A DNA stretch of 64,000 nt. Source: Syntrophorhabdaceae bacterium (GTDB lineage: Bacteria > Desulfobacterota > Syntrophorhabdia > Syntrophorhabdales > Syntrophorhabdaceae). A program made the position numbers and the translations under genes. The stretch covers positions 512,001-576,000 of the forward strand of contig CAXXUO010000002.1 in the NCBI GenBank assembly GCA_963666485.2, in the 5' to 3' direction. Of this stretch, positions 60,886 to 64,000 are shown in pieces. Under the pieces are notes generated by a model. It ran no database searches. It was not told where the DNA came from and worked only from the letters and a program-made list of their open reading frames with translations. Position 1 is the first letter of the stretch. Each line of letters opens with the position of its first letter.

Positions 60886-61284
60886 TCAAGACATCCGGCT
60901 TATAAGATCGGTCAGTATGTCTGCGATGGCAGGATCAAACTCGGAAATTGTTTCAGGCACCACGGCGGGGTTCGATGACAGAACGCACGTAAGGGCGAGA
61001 CCACTGCACGCCTCCTCCCTGTCCGGATCGATCTTTATTGCTTCCCGGTAGGCTGCCGCCGCTTCGGCATAACGCCCCGTCTCGTTGCAGGCCGCCCCGA
61101 GATCGATCCATGCGGAGGTATTACCCGGGTCGATCGCGAGGACCTTCCTGAACGCCCGAATGGCATATTCATGATATCCCAGCTTAAGCAAAGAGATCCC
61201 GACCCCATACCAGACATCCGGATTATCCGGATCGATCGTGGCCCATTTCCAGAAAGATTCGAGCATCTCATGCAGGTCATTCAT
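60886..61284 (-). CDS. Tetratricopeptide repeat protein
   Basis: WYGVG...AIRAFRKVLAIDP and WIDLG...AYREAIKIDP. Confidence 0.85.
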   Translation of the reverse strand: MNDLHEMLESFWKWATIDPDNPDVWYGVGISLLKLGYHEYAIRAFRKVLAIDPGNTSAWIDLGAACNETGRYAEAAAAYREAIKIDPDREEACSGLALTCVLSSNPAVVPETISEFDPAIADILTDLISRMS

Positions 61285-61420
61285 TTTTGCTGACGTTAAT
61301 TATCGATTTTCTCGCAGGGGCATACAATATCAGATTAATATATATTTAATAGTGGCATATACGCACAATTAACGGCATTGTCTGCTTATCTGAAAATAAG
61401 TTTGTGTCTGAAAATTTCCT

Positions 61421-61454
61421 AAAGACACTAGATTCCGGCAAGCCGGAATGACGG
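61421..61454 (-). repeat. CGTC-tagged REP-like palindrome
   Basis: AAAGACACTAGATTCCGGC-AA-GCCGGAATGACGG. Confidence 0.78.
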
Positions 61455-61518
61455 ATAAAAACAACGTACGGCTTTGAGGCCAAGTTGGGGATACGTGGGG
61501 ACATGGAAGGTTTTTGCG

Positions 61519-61544
61519 TTGAACTTTGAACTTTGAACCTTGAA
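61519..61544. repeat. Lone heptamer arm (CTTTGAA/CCTTGAA)
   Basis: TTGAACTTTGAACTTTGAACCTTGAA just downstream of the GH57 stop. Confidence 0.75.
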
Positions 61545-61563
61545 TCGCCCCCCGGGGCGAGTT

Positions 61564-63714
61564 TTACACCATCCAGTTCTCCGCCTCGAACGTCTCCGAC
61601 GGCACCGTGACCACGAGATATCCTCTCTGCGGTATCCTGTCGATAAGCATATCGCTTATCTTGAGCGAGATCCAGACCTCGAGCCTGTCCCCCGGGGAGG
61701 CGCCGAGGGCGGCGAAGGGCATCGCGATCTCGAGGATATCGGCGAAACCGGCTTCGGCGGGTACATCACCCGTTATTGTCCTTGTGTGGACATTGTACTC
61801 GGCCTTGTGTTCGTCGTCGCTTATTACAGCGATCTCGAAAACCGCGTTCTCTGTCTCGCTCATAAAGCTTTTGTCGAGATCGACGCGGATGAACAGGCTT
61901 AATTCGTCGAACCCGTAATAACAGTCTTTGATGATCGTCACGGCCTGGTGCATCGCCGTCCCGTACCCTCTGCCTTCGATGTAGCCCGAACCGATCCACT
62001 CGAAGTAGTTTGTCACCTTCCCGTCGATAACGGGGCGCAGGTAGTTGATCGGCTCGTGTGTCGGGCGCGCCTCGCGGGTCCTCCATGATGATCGGTATCG
62101 ACAGTCTTTCCGGGACCTCTCTCCCCAGGTACCGGTACACGTTTCGAGCAGTTTTCCCGGAAAAGCAGGTCGAATATCTCGTCGCTGTCCGACGAGTTCT
62201 GGTCGCCGTACCACCAGAACCAGTCACTGCCCTCTGCGATGTAGATCGATTCCCACGCCTTTTCATTCGTGTGCCCGGGGTCGGCGCCTTCCAGGAATTC
62301 GCGGGTCCTTCGCGAGCTGTGTCCAGGCGGTGTTGTCCTCGGTGTTGCACGATCCATATATAAAAATTGTGGCCGATCCAGGACCCCGCATGGCAATGGT
62401 GGAGGCTGCCAACGTCGTTCGCACGTTCAAGGTATTCCGAGATCGTAACGGGCACGATGCCCGGGTCTTTGAGTATCCCCTCGTAGAGGTAGCTCAAGAA
62501 ATCCCTGCCGTCGTTCTTGTAGCCTTCCCAGGCGTTCTCGCCGTCCATGGCAATGGTCACAAGCGGCGTCGCGAGCCTGTTCCCGATCGAAGCGCGGATA
62601 TTATGGAGCCTGTTCAGACAATCCCGGGCGGCATCCTTCGCATCCGATCTCTGGTAATGGAACGATATCAGGTCGGAGAGCTTCTGGTCGCGGAAGACGA
62701 CCTTTATATCCCGTCCGCCTTTCTGGTAACTGTAATGCTTATAGAGGACCTCGGGGTTGATGACATACCCCTGGTCATTGCGGCGCGTCCCCCACCGCAG
62801 GCTCTCGAAAAGGATATCTTCATCGGTGGCGACCCAGGTGACGTCGTTCTCGATATAGAGCCCGAGGGCCTCGTTGCTCACCGAGCCTTCCGGCGGCCAC
62901 ATACCCTTCGGCCGCGCCCCGAACACATTTTCGAAGAGATCGAGTCCCGCCGCGATCTGGTGAAGGACGCGTCCCGCGGCCACGAAAAACGGGTTTTCGG
63001 CAGGGCGCATCCCGGCATGCCCTCGCGGGCGCTGTTGGTATCGATGAGCAGCGGTACGATCGGGTGATAGAAGGCGGATGTCGACAATTCGGCGATCCCC
63101 CTCTCAGAAAGGTCCCTGTAAAGGGGAATTGTCCCTTTCAGAATATCCTTCTGAACACCCCTCAGGATAGCTTTGTCCTCTTCTGAAAAATGGCGCCCTT
63201 TTTCCCTGAGATATTTCAGATCGTCATATACCTCGTAAAACACGGGATCGATCCAGGCCATGAAGAACAATATTTGCAGGTCGCAGAGGTCTTCCTCCGA
63301 GAAGGATGCGGTCATCTTGCCGAGCGCCTCTTTCGGGCAATAAAGCCCCCTCTTCTCGAGGAGCTCGTAAAACCGCGGGAAAGGACGGATCATGTTGTCC
63401 CAGCTGGCATTGAAAAAATTGCCGAGCATGAATGTCTTATCATCAACGGAAAGGTCGGCCGGATGTTTCTTGAATATATTGAGGTAGGTGTCGTCAACCT
63501 CGTTCTGCTCGTAGTCCTTGAGCTGCGCAAGCAGGGACGGGACGAAATTGAAATTCTGCTTCATCCCGGGAAAACCCTCGAGCAGGGAACCCATGTCGTA
63601 GTAATCCTTCGTGCCGTGCAGCAAAGTCCACGGCAGGAGATACTCCCCCGTAAAACTGTTCTTGTAATAGGGCTGATGCATGTGCCAGAGGAAAGAGATG
63701 TATATGCCGTCCAT
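61564..63714 (-). pseudogene. Glycoside hydrolase family 57 (amylopullulanase-like), frameshifted in this sequence
   Basis: WHMHQP, HPIVPLL, WPPEGS, DGENAWE and [10 protein letters not shown] are spread over all three frames; about five shifts between 62070 and 62970. Confidence 0.85.
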
Positions 63715-63744
63715 AGATAGGTTATCGCTTTCGGTCAGTTACCA

Positions 63745-64000
63745 TTAAACTTCTTCCACAGCGATATGCCGAAAGGTCACTTCGCCTGTAATTTCAATGA
63801 TCCCGACGGTCCCCTTCCCCGCGTACCCCCCGCGATAGCTCCCCGGATTAAAAAGGGTCACCCCGCGCTTTGCGGCCTTCAGCGGCACATGGGAATGGCC
63901 GAAGACTACGATATCGACGTCCGAAAAGGAATTGAAGACACGGTCTTCAAGGCCCGCGGGTGAACCCCAGCCGTGCATGATGCCGATCCGTTTCCCGGCG
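63745..64000 (-). CDS. YfcE/Vps29-like metallophosphoesterase, 5' part outside the window
   Basis: IGIMHG, VFGHSH, FNPGS. Confidence 0.87.
   Translation of the reverse strand, partial: AGKRIGIMHGWGSPAGLEDRVFNSFSDVDIVVFGHSHVPLKAAKRGVTLFNPGSYRGGYAGKGTVGIIEITGEVTFRHIAVEEV

Overview
64 kb of bacterial chromosome. Gene content and order resemble an anaerobic deltaproteobacterium (Desulfobacterota; my impression is Syntrophorhabdus-like, not proven). The housekeeping backbone has a selenocysteine-containing selD (in-frame TGA missed by the ORF track), adk, a UvrD/PcrA helicase, an mreB paralogue, ttuA/ttuB-like genes, clpB, tRNA-Val(GAC), thrS-infC-rpmI-rplT-pheS-pheT-ihfA-merR, holA and tRNA-Pro(CGG). 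Metabolic genes are a GlcD/GlcF-type dehydrogenase followed by two tandem acyl-CoA ligase paralogues, a stand-alone carboxyltransferase and a GH57 gene broken by about five frameshifts. Accessory content is an orphan secretin between tRNA-Val and thrS, an 11-kb repeat-built autotransporter, and a ~16.5-kb block after tRNA-Pro. That block holds two TIM-barrel genes plus inositol-1-phosphate synthase, a kaiA-less kaiC-kaiB-kaiB-hybrid kinase operon, a HAMP hybrid kinase and a ~2100-aa Ser/Thr kinase-ATPase-GAF-PAS-HK-REC-HPt protein. The most striking unexplained non-coding signal is a recurring architecture of heptamer tandem arrays set as inverted pairs with fixed polarity in six intergenic regions (plus one lone arm), one arm expanded to a perfect (GGCTAAC)33. 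A separate CGTC-tagged REP-like palindrome family is also present. No CRISPR array, integrase or transposase was seen.
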